Assembly: GCA_037305845.1 (NCBI GenBank)
Contig: CP147778.1
Span: 2,784,001 to 2,848,000, forward strand
Source of the DNA: Candidatus Freyarchaeum deiterrae
Lineage (GTDB): Archaea > Asgardarchaeota > Jordiarchaeia > Jordiarchaeales > Jordiarchaeaceae
DNA length: 64,000 nucleotides
Reading direction: 5' to 3'
The first letter of the stretch is position 1. Every line of letters begins with the position of its first letter. Shown in pieces: positions 38,224 to 48,040 of this stretch. Below the pieces are notes generated by a model. The model did no database searches, had not been told where the DNA came from, and saw nothing but the letters and a program-made list of their open reading frames with translations. The translations under genes and the position numbers were made by a program.

Positions 38224-40743
38224 TCAGATTTGAAGGTGGTTAGTCAAGTATAAAAATGAAGACAGTTCGTTAGCTAGACCGTATCCATATTGAGGATCCC
38301 AACCCGGAGGACCGAGATCATGCTCCTGCGCTCCCGCTATAATCGCCCACCGGATTGACGCGGCTCGGAGAGCAGGAGGCAAACCCATCTCATTGTATTC
38401 TTGTGTTAAGAGAAGTGCAATTCCTGTAACCGTTGGAACAGATCCACTGGTGTATGGACCGGGACCCGTTACCTCTGGTTTTGGAAGCCACCAGTGGGGG
38501 GAGGGTCCAAGTGGACTTACTGGAGACCAAGACGAGTCCTTAATACTCATAGTAGCTCCAACAGTTATTGCCCAGTCCGCTATTCCTGGCACCAACAATC
38601 CGCCGACATGGTTCTTACTGAAGTCCAAATAGCCGCCGCCAGCAACAACTACCACTATGCCGTCTAGAAAGGCGCGATCCACCGCCTCCGTTAAGAATCC
38701 ATAGACTTGGTTTTCGTTACCCAGAGCGAGTTCCGCCGCAGAGATGTTGAAGAGGTCTTTGTTCGCCACGCACCAGTCCAGAGCCTCCGCCATATGAACA
38801 CAGGTCATATAGAAAGCCTCTCCGCTATCCGTTTTGATTTTGAGATCTATGATATCAGCATCGGGAGCTATTCCGTACACACCAGCGGTATCCAATGCAA
38901 TTCCCGTTCCATGACTTGAGGGATCCAGTGTGGTCGGTTCGCCCAGTATTCTGGGGTCTCCCGCCTGTCCTGTGAGAAAGTTTACTTGGTAAATCACTCT
39001 ACCGTTTGTCTTCCCTGAGATCACTGGCACGTACCAATCTATCCCGGAATCAATTACCGCGACAGTGGTTCCTTTCCCAGTAATATTAAATGATTGAAGT
39101 ATATCCGCTCCAACAAAATAGTACCGAGCGTCATGAGCGTAAATATCTGGAGGTGTTGACGGATTCTGATTAAACAATATGTAACTCAGATGAAAGTCAT
39201 TAACCAGCTGAACCAGTTTTATCCCAAGATCTGAGCTGTCGTTAGCACTAACATTACCATAGATGGCATAGTAAGCATTATCCTGATAGACAGCATCAGT
39301 CCCACTATAATTCTCAAAAGTGAAGAAAGCAGAATAGGTCGTATTTTTTAGGCCATCTATGTAACTCTGGGGAATGGGATCCATAAATCTCAATATAACA
39401 GAAACATTTTGTGGAAAGCTACTGTTGCTAATGTTAAGTAAACGGGGATCGATTTTATCCACTGCACTCAAGCCTTGGGATGTCACTGGGGCCTGTGTTG
39501 AGGGTATCGAAGTTACTCTGGCATTCATGAATAAAATTGGTATGAGAATCGCCAATATCACCAGCAACGCTGCTACATTCCTAGCGGAGGGTTTCAACAC
39601 TCTACGTACAATGTTTATAACGCCCCAACCCTGTTCCTGTGGAATTGTTGGAACCGATATCACTGCGGCGACTATTGCTAAGCCGAGGTAAATCAGTATA
39701 GGGACATCAGGAGTTGGGGTTGGCATGTAATAAGTCAGGAGCACAACTCTGTAAAATCCCGGGTAAAAGTATACATAGATTATAAACCCGATCAAAATCA
39801 CAGTTTTAATCTTAGAGTTTTGAGTGTAAACACAAATTCCAATTGTAAACAGAATTAAGGAGATATAAGTGTAAAGATTAAAATTCAGGGGAAAGATGCC
39901 GTGGAGAGCGTCGATATCGAGGGATGCGAGAAGAGATGAGTAGAAAATGTATCTCTCTATAAAAAGCTGGACCGAAACAAAGACTAATGGAAAGGCTACC
40001 ATTGTGAGAATAGATCCAGCAATCAGTTGATATCTCTTGATAAGGGGAGGATTTCTCTGAAAACTGATGATCACACACCCCAGTATCAGGAAGTAAACGC
40101 CAATCAGATCAAAAGAACCAACCGCATAAAGCATAACTTGCTGAGTGTAATAGAAGCTAAGCCCAGTGAGCGGGTAGTAAGAATAACTCGGGATCGTAAA
40201 CATCGACAGAAGAATCATAACCACTCCAAAAAGCACTGTTACTACCCCTGAGAATCGATAAAACTTTTCACTCGGCTTCTCAACCATCCCGCCTCTCAAC
40301 AGAAAATCAGCAGTCAACACCATGGACAAACTAATAATAACGGAGGCCAAAACAACGCTCTGAACTAGACCAGTATACTGGTTATCCAAATAAAACGAAC
40401 CACTAAACAGAATAGAGCTAAAAGTGGTGTAACCACTACTCCTCTGCACAAGAGTCACACACGCAACCAGAAACAACGCGGTTTTACCCATGTACGCCGT
40501 CCAAGACTCCGTAATCTTCCTTTTTTTAATAAGAAGCATCAACGAGGAAAAGAAGCAAATCTCACCCGCCGCAAAAATTAGAAACCCAGTTAAAGTCCAA
40601 ACAATCTGCCCAGAAATAGAAACAAACGTAGGAGGCCCCGCGAAAAAGGTGTAAGACCAAAACTGCCACTCACTTAAGGATAAACCGGCTAACGCCAGGA
40701 AGATTCCTAGAAAACAGAGAAGTAAGTACTTCTCCCCCAACAA
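38224..40743 (-). CDS. polytopic membrane protein with C-terminal S8 (subtilase) domain
   Basis: About 11 hydrophobic segments, then G.G.TVAVIDSG, SHGT, TVGA, KPEV, TSGSVP and DLG..GWD..YGYG. Confidence 0.85.
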   Translation of the reverse strand: MLGEKYLLLCFLGIFLALAGLSLSEWQFWSYTFFAGPPTFVSISGQIVWTLTGFLIFAAGEICFFSSLMLLIKKRKITESWTAYMGKTALFLVACVTLVQRSSGYTTFSSILFSGSFYLDNQYTGLVQSVVLASVIISLSMVLTADFLLRGGMVEKPSEKFYRFSGVVTVLFGVVMILLSMFTIPSYSYYPLTGLSFYYTQQVMLYAVGSFDLIGVYFLILGCVIISFQRNPPLIKRYQLIAGSILTMVAFPLVFVSVQLFIERYIFYSSLLASLDIDALHGIFPLNFNLYTYISLILFTIGICVYTQNSKIKTVILIGFIIYVYFYPGFYRVVLLTYYMPTPTPDVPILIYLGLAIVAAVISVPTIPQEQGWGVINIVRRVLKPSARNVAALLVILAILIPILFMNARVTSIPSTQAPVTSQGLSAVDKIDPRLLNISNSSFPQNVSVILRFMDPIPQSYIDGLKNTTYSAFFTFENYSGTDAVYQDNAYYAIYGNVSANDSSDLGIKLVQLVNDFHLSYILFNQNPSTPPDIYAHDARYYFVGADILQSFNITGKGTTVAVIDSGIDWYVPVISGKTNGRVIYQVNFLTGQAGDPRILGEPTTLDPSSHGTGIALDTAGVYGIAPDADIIDLKIKTDSGEAFYMTCVHMAEALDWCVANKDLFNISAAELALGNENQVYGFLTEAVDRAFLDGIVVVVAGGGYLDFSKNHVGGLLVPGIADWAITVGATMSIKDSSWSPVSPLGPSPHWWLPKPEVTGPGPYTSGSVPTVTGIALLLTQEYNEMGLPPALRAASIRWAIIAGAQEHDLGPPGWDPQYGYGLANELSSFLYLTNHLQI

Positions 40744-40819
40744 AGTTCCTATTTTCTTATACGCCTAAATCACCCACCAATACTATACTGATTTGAAGTA
40801 CTCTTAAAAAAGGCTTTCT

Positions 40820-41019
40820 TTTGAGGAAAAAGGCTTTAGTGTTACAAGAACTAAGGGTTCACACATAAGAATGAGAGCGGAAGACGAAGAGCAACCACCA
40901 TTCCCGTTCATGGGAACAAGGAAATACCCAAAGGGCTTATGCATAAAATAATCAGAGAAGACTTGGAATTAAGCCTAGATGAATTTTTAGAAACGTGCTC
41001 AAGACACAAAGAAAAATAA
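40820..41019 (+). pseudogene. hicA: HicA-family toxin remnant (no start; frameshift near 40886)
   Basis: EEKGFSVTRTKGSHIRMRAED in one frame continues as RATTIPVHGNKEIPKGLMHKIIREDLELSLDEF...* in another. Confidence 0.8.
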
Positions 41020-41085
41020 AGAAATAACAACCCCTCATCCAGCCCAACATACCACTAAAAAATTAGGGCTTATCTATTTTTGAAA

Positions 41086-41970
41086 TCACTTTCCTTTCTT
41101 CTTTTTGCTGCCTTTTGTATCTTGCTTAGATTGTTCAGACTCTACTTTTTTAACTTGTTTTTTCTGCTCAACCAGAATGTTTGTAAAGAACTGAGCCGAG
41201 GAGTACGCACTCTCCACCTCACCCAAGGAAAGATTCTTCATTTCACTTTTCATCGCTGGAGCTGCCGCGACTCCTTTCTCCGCCGCGTAAGCCTCTGCAC
41301 TCATCTTTTGTCTTTCTGTTCTAGTTTCGCTTCTCTGCAGATAGTAGTGGCTAATCATGTGAATTACTCTGCCACCGCCTACTGTGAAGGTAATTGCTAC
41401 TGGTGATTCGCCGTACTTTTCTTTCAGCTCGTCGCTCTTGATTAAGACTCTAACCTTTTCCTTATCCAAGATTCGGATAGGGTACGAACTTCCCTCAAGC
41501 CACCAGACAGGCTCATCTTTCTTTTCCACTACACCCTTTACTAGAGGATTTTCAGCATCTAAAACCTCGATTTTTACAACTTCATCGCCAGTGGAATTAT
41601 TATTGTACTCCACATATCCCGGGAAAGCCTTTTGCAGCACGTTTAGGAGAGACCAATCCGTGGTAAAAAGAAAGCCGCCATCCCTGACAAACCCCTGAAC
41701 CTTCTCAATCCCCTTATCATTCAGATACCCTGGACAGTCAATCAGTAACAACTGTTTAGAGCTAAGAGGAATATCGTCAACCTGCTCGGGGCTAATAACC
41801 ATGTGGGGGACGCCTAATGCTTGGAAAACATTTTCAATGTGATCGTAAGCTCCACTCACAACAATTATGTCCGATTCCTTAGTCTCGTCCACTAGCGCTA
41901 GGTCTTCTTCTCTTTCCTTCTTCATCTTTTCACGCAACAAATTCCAAGATGCCCGATACGCTTTCTCCAT
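41086..41970 (-). CDS. conserved hypothetical protein, class I glutamine-amidotransferase-like fold
   Basis: IVVSGAYD, LLIDCPG, FVRDGGFLFTTDW and G.G.VIHMISH motifs; GGTGG SD before ATG 41970. Confidence 0.65.
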   Translation of the reverse strand: MEKAYRASWNLLREKMKKEREEDLALVDETKESDIIVVSGAYDHIENVFQALGVPHMVISPEQVDDIPLSSKQLLLIDCPGYLNDKGIEKVQGFVRDGGFLFTTDWSLLNVLQKAFPGYVEYNNNSTGDEVVKIEVLDAENPLVKGVVEKKDEPVWWLEGSSYPIRILDKEKVRVLIKSDELKEKYGESPVAITFTVGGGRVIHMISHYYLQRSETRTERQKMSAEAYAAEKGVAAAPAMKSEMKNLSLGEVESAYSSAQFFTNILVEQKKQVKKVESEQSKQDTKGSKKKKGK

Positions 41971-42227
41971 AGAATGATTCCACCTAACAAAATAATGAAT
42001 ACGAAAAGCGCAACGTTTTATGACCATTATATGCACAGAATAATCTATTAACTATTTCTTAGTTTTGCGTAACTACACTAACTCCTCATTACCGATAAGT
42101 TAATCCAAGTAAAACCCTAAAAGAATGCTTCTTCATTTATTTTGGAAGCATATAATACAGCATGTGGAAGCAAACCATTATCATAAAAATAGAATCTTAA
42201 AATAAAAAAAAGTTGAGGATGGGTGGT

Positions 42228-42983
42228 TTAACTCATTTGACGTGATCCGTAGAATACTAAAGCGGACATTATCAAGCCTACGAATAGGATGATGAATGCT
42301 AACCATGGTGCTAGTACTCCCATGAATAGGAAGATTCCCGCGATTATGGATAGTACTCCTGTCGCTACGCTTAGTCCCGGGCTGTCTAGTCCTTCTCTCA
42401 GATTGACGAATGTGGCTCCGAAAATGATTAGTGTGCTTCCGACTGCTATGAGACCGAGCCATAAGAACACACCGTTAACGGCGGGTACGCCGCCCATAAC
42501 GACTAGGAACGCAAGCGTCCAAATAGGGGTTAGACCGATGATGTCGCTAAAATGTGTGATTAAGTATATTGAGGTAAGGTTATGCGTAGTGCCGCCAGTC
42601 GCCGCCCCAGCAAGCAATAGTATTAGGGCTAGTATGGCTCCTATTACTCCGAATACTAGGCTGACGGTGCCCATAGATTTTCCTTCTATTTTTCCCAGTC
42701 CGTAGAGTCCTACACCCATAAGAATTAGAGTAAGAACCAACAGTAACGCTAGAATAAAGGTTACAAACATGAAGCTGCTTAATGCACTACTTAAAGCCAA
42801 GTTCTGGAAGAGGCCTACAACTATGGTGTAATCATAGAGAATGAAAAAGAGATTTTGTATGGCCATCGCTTGTTGGTACATTGAACTGAAAGTGTAGTAT
42901 TGTATAATCCAAAATATTCCTATTACGGTCGCTACTATGCCGAGCACTGAGCCGATAATTCCCGCTGTAACTGATTTACTCAT
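42228..42983 (-). CDS. uncharacterised ~6-TM membrane protein, paralog 1
   Basis: Hydrophobic; shares GVGLYGLGK.EGKSMGTVSLVFGVIGAILA with the next gene. Confidence 0.8.
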   Translation of the reverse strand: MSKSVTAGIIGSVLGIVATVIGIFWIIQYYTFSSMYQQAMAIQNLFFILYDYTIVVGLFQNLALSSALSSFMFVTFILALLLVLTLILMGVGLYGLGKIEGKSMGTVSLVFGVIGAILALILLLAGAATGGTTHNLTSIYLITHFSDIIGLTPIWTLAFLVVMGGVPAVNGVFLWLGLIAVGSTLIIFGATFVNLREGLDSPGLSVATGVLSIIAGIFLFMGVLAPWLAFIILFVGLIMSALVFYGSRQMS

Positions 42984-43034
42984 ATATCCTCACTCATTCG
43001 TTGTTTCTATAATGAGATATTTTCTCAAATAAGC

Positions 43035-43051
43035 ATATAGACTTTACGGTA
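43035..43051 (-). promoter_or_regulatory. BRE-TATA promoter shared by the paralog pair (copy 1)
   Basis: TACCGTAAAGTCTATAT on the minus strand, 52 nt before ATG; nearly identical copy at 44040-44056. Confidence 0.6.
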
Positions 43052-43237
43052 TTAAAGGGGATTAAACGTACTTTTGTAAGAGTGCTTCGAGCAATTTAAT
43101 ACTTTAAAAGCATCATTAGTAGCGCAGATGTCTCTTTTCTTGCACCCCTCATCTTTTTAATTCTTTTTTACAAGAAAATCAGAGAAGATGCATTATTGTT
43201 GAATCAGAATCTAAAATAAAAAAAATATGAGAATAGT

Positions 43238-43990
43238 TTAATCCATTTCACGTGATCCGTAGAATACTAGGGCTGCCATTATGAAGGCAACGAACAGGAT
43301 GAATGCAGCTAGCCATGGAAGCAATATTATCCCAAACAAGAAGATTCCCGAGATTATAAATAGTACTCCTGTAGCCGTGCTTAGTCCCGGGCTTTCCAAT
43401 CCTTCTCTCACACTGATGAACGTTGCACCGAATATAATGATAGTAACACCGACTACTATGAAACCTAACCATAACCAGATTGAACTGACGTTAGCCACTC
43501 CACCTAAGAGGACAAGTATGTAAATAGGATACGTTGTAATCAACGGGAGATCGTAAATGAATGTCAGCAGTGAGATAAGTGTTGGCGTGTTGGGACCAGT
43601 TGCCCCCATCAGCAAAAGTAGTATAGCTAGGATGGCTCCTATTACACCGAATACTAGGCTGACGGTGCCCATAGATTTTCCTTCGACTTTACCGAGTCCG
43701 TAGAGTCCTACGCCAGTCAAAATTAAAGTTAAAACTAGAAGAACACCAAGGATAAATGTTAAACCAGCTAAATTACTTTGCAAGTCACTCACATGGATGT
43801 TCATGAAGAAACTTATCTGAACTACACGATCAAGTAAGCTTGGTTGAATGATTGGAAGATTTTGAATACCAACCGCGGCGTCATGATTTGCAACGAAGTC
43901 CACGTACCTTATACCCCACAGAATTCCAACAATAGCTGCCACTATGCCTGAAACAGCGCCGAAAATACCGGTAACAATAGATTTACTCAT
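43238..43990 (-). CDS. uncharacterised ~6-TM membrane protein, paralog 2
   Basis: MSKS start, REGL.SPGLS.ATGVL and ALVFYGSR shared with paralog 1. Confidence 0.8.
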   Translation of the reverse strand: MSKSIVTGIFGAVSGIVAAIVGILWGIRYVDFVANHDAAVGIQNLPIIQPSLLDRVVQISFFMNIHVSDLQSNLAGLTFILGVLLVLTLILTGVGLYGLGKVEGKSMGTVSLVFGVIGAILAILLLLMGATGPNTPTLISLLTFIYDLPLITTYPIYILVLLGGVANVSSIWLWLGFIVVGVTIIIFGATFISVREGLESPGLSTATGVLFIISGIFLFGIILLPWLAAFILFVAFIMAALVFYGSREMD

Positions 43991-44039
43991 AAATCCTCAC
44001 TTTTAATAGCTGTTGTTATAAGTTAGTTTTAAAAAAAAT

Positions 44040-44056
44040 ATATAGATTTTACGGTA
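44040..44056 (-). promoter_or_regulatory. BRE-TATA promoter shared by the paralog pair (copy 2)
   Basis: TACCGTAAAATCTATAT on the minus strand, 50 nt before ATG. Confidence 0.6.
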
Positions 44057-44249
44057 TAAGCAAAATGTATGGTAATCAATACAAAGATTCTTTGAGGATT
44101 GTGGGTTGCACAGCATCTATCTTTTCATGGAGGCTCTCATCCTATACTATGAAAAGTTCTAAAATTTCCGCTCATAAAAAAGTAGAAAGAAGAGCGTATC
44201 GATTTTTTTAAAAAAATGTTTGAAAATATGTACCCTTCACTTCACATTT

Positions 44250-44606
44250 TCATTTTGAGTGATTATGATTCTTCGATGGGTAAAGTACATGTCTTGTGTA
44301 CGCGACTCCTAGGGGCGTTAAGTCTACGTCGCTTCCTTGCACTGTAATATAAAAAGAGTCTTGCAGTAGTTGGAGATGAAACTTTATAGTTTTTTCGTCC
44401 ATACTCATTTTTTTGGATATATCTTTTATTTTTAGAGGTCTGTCTTTGAGAAGCGTCATAATCTCTCGCCTGGTTGGGTTTTGCATGGTGTGAAGTTCTC
44501 TTCTGTGTTCCTCAGTCTGATTTCCCAACAGTTCCTTGTTTACTTCCTTTTCTCTCCAAGCGTCGATTTCCTCATCACTCATTCTTCTATAATCTATCTT
44601 AGGCAA
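44250..44606 (-). CDS. ArsR-family winged-helix regulator, paralog 1
   Basis: NPTRREIMTLL...TIKFHLQLL...LTPLG; AGGTGA SD. Confidence 0.82.
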   Translation of the reverse strand: MPKIDYRRMSDEEIDAWREKEVNKELLGNQTEEHRRELHTMQNPTRREIMTLLKDRPLKIKDISKKMSMDEKTIKFHLQLLQDSFYITVQGSDVDLTPLGVAYTRHVLYPSKNHNHSK

Positions 44607-44885
44607 CACTCTCACCTTTCAACTCTACTCTTTACAAAAATGACACGTACCAATTATTAAAATGCATTCAACAGTGTTATTGTATCATATTGAAATGCTT
44701 TCAAAATAAAGTTTGCGTGTCGTTCTTTAAACTGAAATTCCAACATCACACATTCACATAATGCCTTTACTAGATTTAGCGGCACAAGGTGGCTCTAATG
44801 TTATATGCGGAAAAAGAGCATATTAAAGTCAAAGTATTGGAAGAGTTGGTTGTCCGAACACAACTTTCTTTACATTTTCATATTT

Positions 44886-45212
44886 TTATTTTAACACATT
44901 TCTTGTGTACGCTACTCCCGGAGGTGTCAAGTCTACCTCATTTCCTTCTATTTTAATAAAGAAGGATCGTTCTAGGACTTGTAGATGGAACCTTAATGTT
45001 TTTTCTTCTAGTTTCAATTCACCTGCTATCTCTTCTATTGTTAGAGCCTTATCTTTGAGAAGTGTCATAATCTCTCGTCTGACTGGGCTTTGCATGACGT
45101 GTAGCGACCTTCTGGCTTCAGTTGGGTTTCCTACCAGCCCTGCATCTGCTACTTTTTTCCTCCAGGCTTCAAGTTCTTCGTTACTCATTTCTCTACAATT
45201 TTTCTTCTTCAA
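44886..45212 (-). CDS. ArsR-family winged-helix regulator, paralog 2
   Basis: SPVRREIMTLL...TLRFHLQVL...LTPPG; AGGTGA SD. Confidence 0.82.
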   Translation of the reverse strand: MKKKNCREMSNEELEAWRKKVADAGLVGNPTEARRSLHVMQSPVRREIMTLLKDKALTIEEIAGELKLEEKTLRFHLQVLERSFFIKIEGNEVDLTPPGVAYTRNVLK

Positions 45213-45581
45213 ACCTCTCACCTTTTCTTCAGCTATCCGAGATGGATGTACCATGGATTTAAGTAAGATAAAACAGTAATCTGTATGCTTCCAAGTTATA
45301 TATCTAACAAATTTTTCATCATGTTTTTTCTCAGATTAAAATTCAGCACCAACCGTTTCCATGCTGCCCCTAAAGGTATTCATTAGCATCATGGTTCATG
45401 CTAAGAGTTGTATGCAGAAAAAAACTTGAGGACTGCTACACAATTTTACCTTGGGAGCCATGCTTAGGCTTTGGATTGGAATTTGGGGCAATCGAAAATA
45501 TAGAGTTAACTGAACCTCTTCTTTTTTAGTTCATCTATAATCGTAAAACGAGGCCTTTTCTTAGGAGAGCTTGAAAAAAAA

Positions 45582-45848
45582 TTATTCTTCGAAAACCCTT
45601 GTTTTTATTCTATTAAATTCTTTTACCGTGATTGCTCCAGCTTCTAAGGCTTCTAAGGCTACCGTGATTTCTTCCAATACTATGCGTGCTTTTTGGCAAA
45701 CCTCACTGGGGGTGTCTTGATCCCTTTCTATTTTTTCGTATTCTTCCCAGCACTGTTCTAGGCACTTGTGTATATCGTTGGATTTGCCGCTCTCCTCTTC
45801 TAAGAGGGAGGCCAACTCCCTTAAGTTATTCATAGCCGCTTTTGACAA
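45582..45848 (-). CDS. small helical protein with SHOCT-like C-terminus
   Basis: ALEALEAGAITVKEFNRIKTRVF; GAGGGTGG SD. Confidence 0.65.
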   Translation of the reverse strand: MSKAAMNNLRELASLLEEESGKSNDIHKCLEQCWEEYEKIERDQDTPSEVCQKARIVLEEITVALEALEAGAITVKEFNRIKTRVFEE

Positions 45849-46298
45849 TATCTTCCACCCTCACGGAAGTTTATTCATTACCTTAAAATGTAATCCACGC
45901 ACTTATATCCCTTATGCATCTAATTTATTTAGCTCTCCTTATATTTTTTTAGATTTTTATCAATAGTTTCTAGGTTTTCCTAACATTTCAATCTTTATAG
46001 AACACATATTACTATTAAGTATGTAGAATATCATGATATTAGCGCCATATATATCTAAACAGATATAACAGTGTTACTTAATACAAAAAGCTATTTCTAC
46101 CACCCACATTGTTTCAAAATAACTAGTTCACCCTAAAAAGATTATACACCTGTAAAATATATGTGCCAAATTTAGTACTGGTTTCACAGTCCAGAACCCA
46201 AAAAGAAAAAGACAGAATGGATTAAATCAAATAGGTAACGCAAAGTATTTCTCTGATTAGTTATCGAAATAGAAAAAGGGAAATATCCCTTAACCTCC

Positions 46299-47843
46299 CT
46301 ATTTGAAGAGTTCCTTCCTCGCTCTTCTCGACTGTTTAGCGTTTCCCACAGTAGCTTCATCTTCTGAAGTCCCCTTTCTTGACCTTAATTCATTGAGTTC
46401 ACCTGCTAAAGCCTTATTGACACTTGCTGCTTTCGGCGCTGCCATGGGGGCTCCTGCAATTTGTTGTTGATATCCTGAGATTATTTCTTCGGCTTTGTCT
46501 TGTTTGCCTTGATAGGCTGCTCTTCCTGCTTGCTGTACTCTCATTGCTCCCGAGATTTCTGGTTCATATGTTTTTACGTACTCCTTTTCGTCTTTAGCCC
46601 TTTGGACTTTTTTTGAAACTACTCGTAGGTGCTTCTTTCCTTCGGCGTCTGTGTACTGGATTTGTGCCTGGATTGAAACTTCTTCATCTTTTATTTCCTT
46701 GGCTGATTCCATTTCGAAGTAAATCTCTCTGTCAGATGTTACTCCTCCCAGTCGAATAGGTTCTTCTGGTTTCAAGGTTTCGGACGCTGTTCCTGTCGCA
46801 TCCACAAGTTTTAAGGCAGGTGGAGTAAACATTTGCACTTCTACGTTTCGAGCTATGTATCCCTTACCTCGAATGTCGGCGAATGTTTTCTCAATTTCCT
46901 CCATAGTTACGTAGTAGATGTCTCCTCCGGTTTCCAGAGCGAGGTTTCCCAGAGTCTTTAAAGCTAATTGACTCTCTGTTGACTGCTCACGTACACCGAC
47001 CACATCAACTATTATGTTACTGAGATTGCAGCTTCCCGCAGCTTCTTTGTAGAAGTTTTTACCCGTGGCACTCGCGCCTTCGAGGGTTCCGAACCCTGTG
47101 TTGGCCAGTCCGTCGGTGAGCAGGAGTAAGCGTCCTCCGCTTCTCATCTTGAGAAGAGTGTATCCTCCGAGGAGTCCCGGTCCTAGGGATGTCATATCCA
47201 TGGGCTGAAGTTTAGATACGGTTTCTATCCATTTTTTCGCAGTTTTTTCAACAGGCTCAAAATCGTACTTCGCTTGGCTGAACTTTTCTGCGGCTTTTTC
47301 CTGAGAATAAAGATCATCACCGGTCACTGTTAGAGCGTTTGTACCTCTATAGTCGATTAGATAAACGCTGGATTCAAAGGCGATTAAACCGAACTTGCTC
47401 TGAGGCGCATTGACCTTAAGGTCCTTTATGGTTTCAGCCAAGCTATGCTTGACCGCCTCAAGTTTTCCTCCGGACATTGAGCCTGAAACATCTATTACTG
47501 CAACAATGTTGTCCCCTGTCAATGCTGGCTTTGTTGTCTTAATCTCCATGGCTTCTTCTATTATGAAGTCGACGTCATCGATTAGGTGAGCTGGTAAATC
47601 CTTGGGATCAACCACGTTTATTGCGCCGCAAAAAGCGCATTTAAAATGCGTTCCTATTTTGGGGTCTTTTTTAACACTGCTGGGGTCCGTTAAGACTCCG
47701 CCGCACTTTTGGCATTGGATAGGCTTTCCCACAATAACCTCTTTAGGCTTTTCCAAGTCTTCAAAAGACAGGGAGGCTACGTAAGGTAAATCTTCTTTGG
47801 TAGCTTTTCTCTCCAAAATCTTGTTAAAAGATGTTTTAAACAT
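46299..47843 (-). CDS. Sec23/24-type zinc finger + vWA domain protein
   Basis: PIQCQKCGGVL...FKCAFCGAINVV; IDVSGSM (MIDAS), TSLGPGL, LLTDGLAN, then a beta-rich region and helical tail. Confidence 0.8.
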   Translation of the reverse strand: MFKTSFNKILERKATKEDLPYVASLSFEDLEKPKEVIVGKPIQCQKCGGVLTDPSSVKKDPKIGTHFKCAFCGAINVVDPKDLPAHLIDDVDFIIEEAMEIKTTKPALTGDNIVAVIDVSGSMSGGKLEAVKHSLAETIKDLKVNAPQSKFGLIAFESSVYLIDYRGTNALTVTGDDLYSQEKAAEKFSQAKYDFEPVEKTAKKWIETVSKLQPMDMTSLGPGLLGGYTLLKMRSGGRLLLLTDGLANTGFGTLEGASATGKNFYKEAAGSCNLSNIIVDVVGVREQSTESQLALKTLGNLALETGGDIYYVTMEEIEKTFADIRGKGYIARNVEVQMFTPPALKLVDATGTASETLKPEEPIRLGGVTSDREIYFEMESAKEIKDEEVSIQAQIQYTDAEGKKHLRVVSKKVQRAKDEKEYVKTYEPEISGAMRVQQAGRAAYQGKQDKAEEIISGYQQQIAGAPMAAPKAASVNKALAGELNELRSRKGTSEDEATVGNAKQSRRARKELFK

Positions 47844-48040
47844 TCCACAATTCTCCAGCTATTCCGATTAAACATTTAACATAGTGTTAGAAATATAAAA
47901 AATTGAAACTAGGTAGTTAACTAATCAACTTACGAATAAAAATGTGTTATGGAATCGAAGGAATATTTTTATGCGATAGAATAATAAACCATTCCATTTT
48001 TATATTGTGTAAGAATTTTGAAACTAAGGAGGTTAAAATA

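Noticed and set aside
45365-45490. TGCCCC...GGGGCA long-range pairing with inner TTAGCAT/ATGCTAA
   Set aside because: Short imperfect stems, no second copy or target duplication; insufficient for a MITE or ncRNA call.
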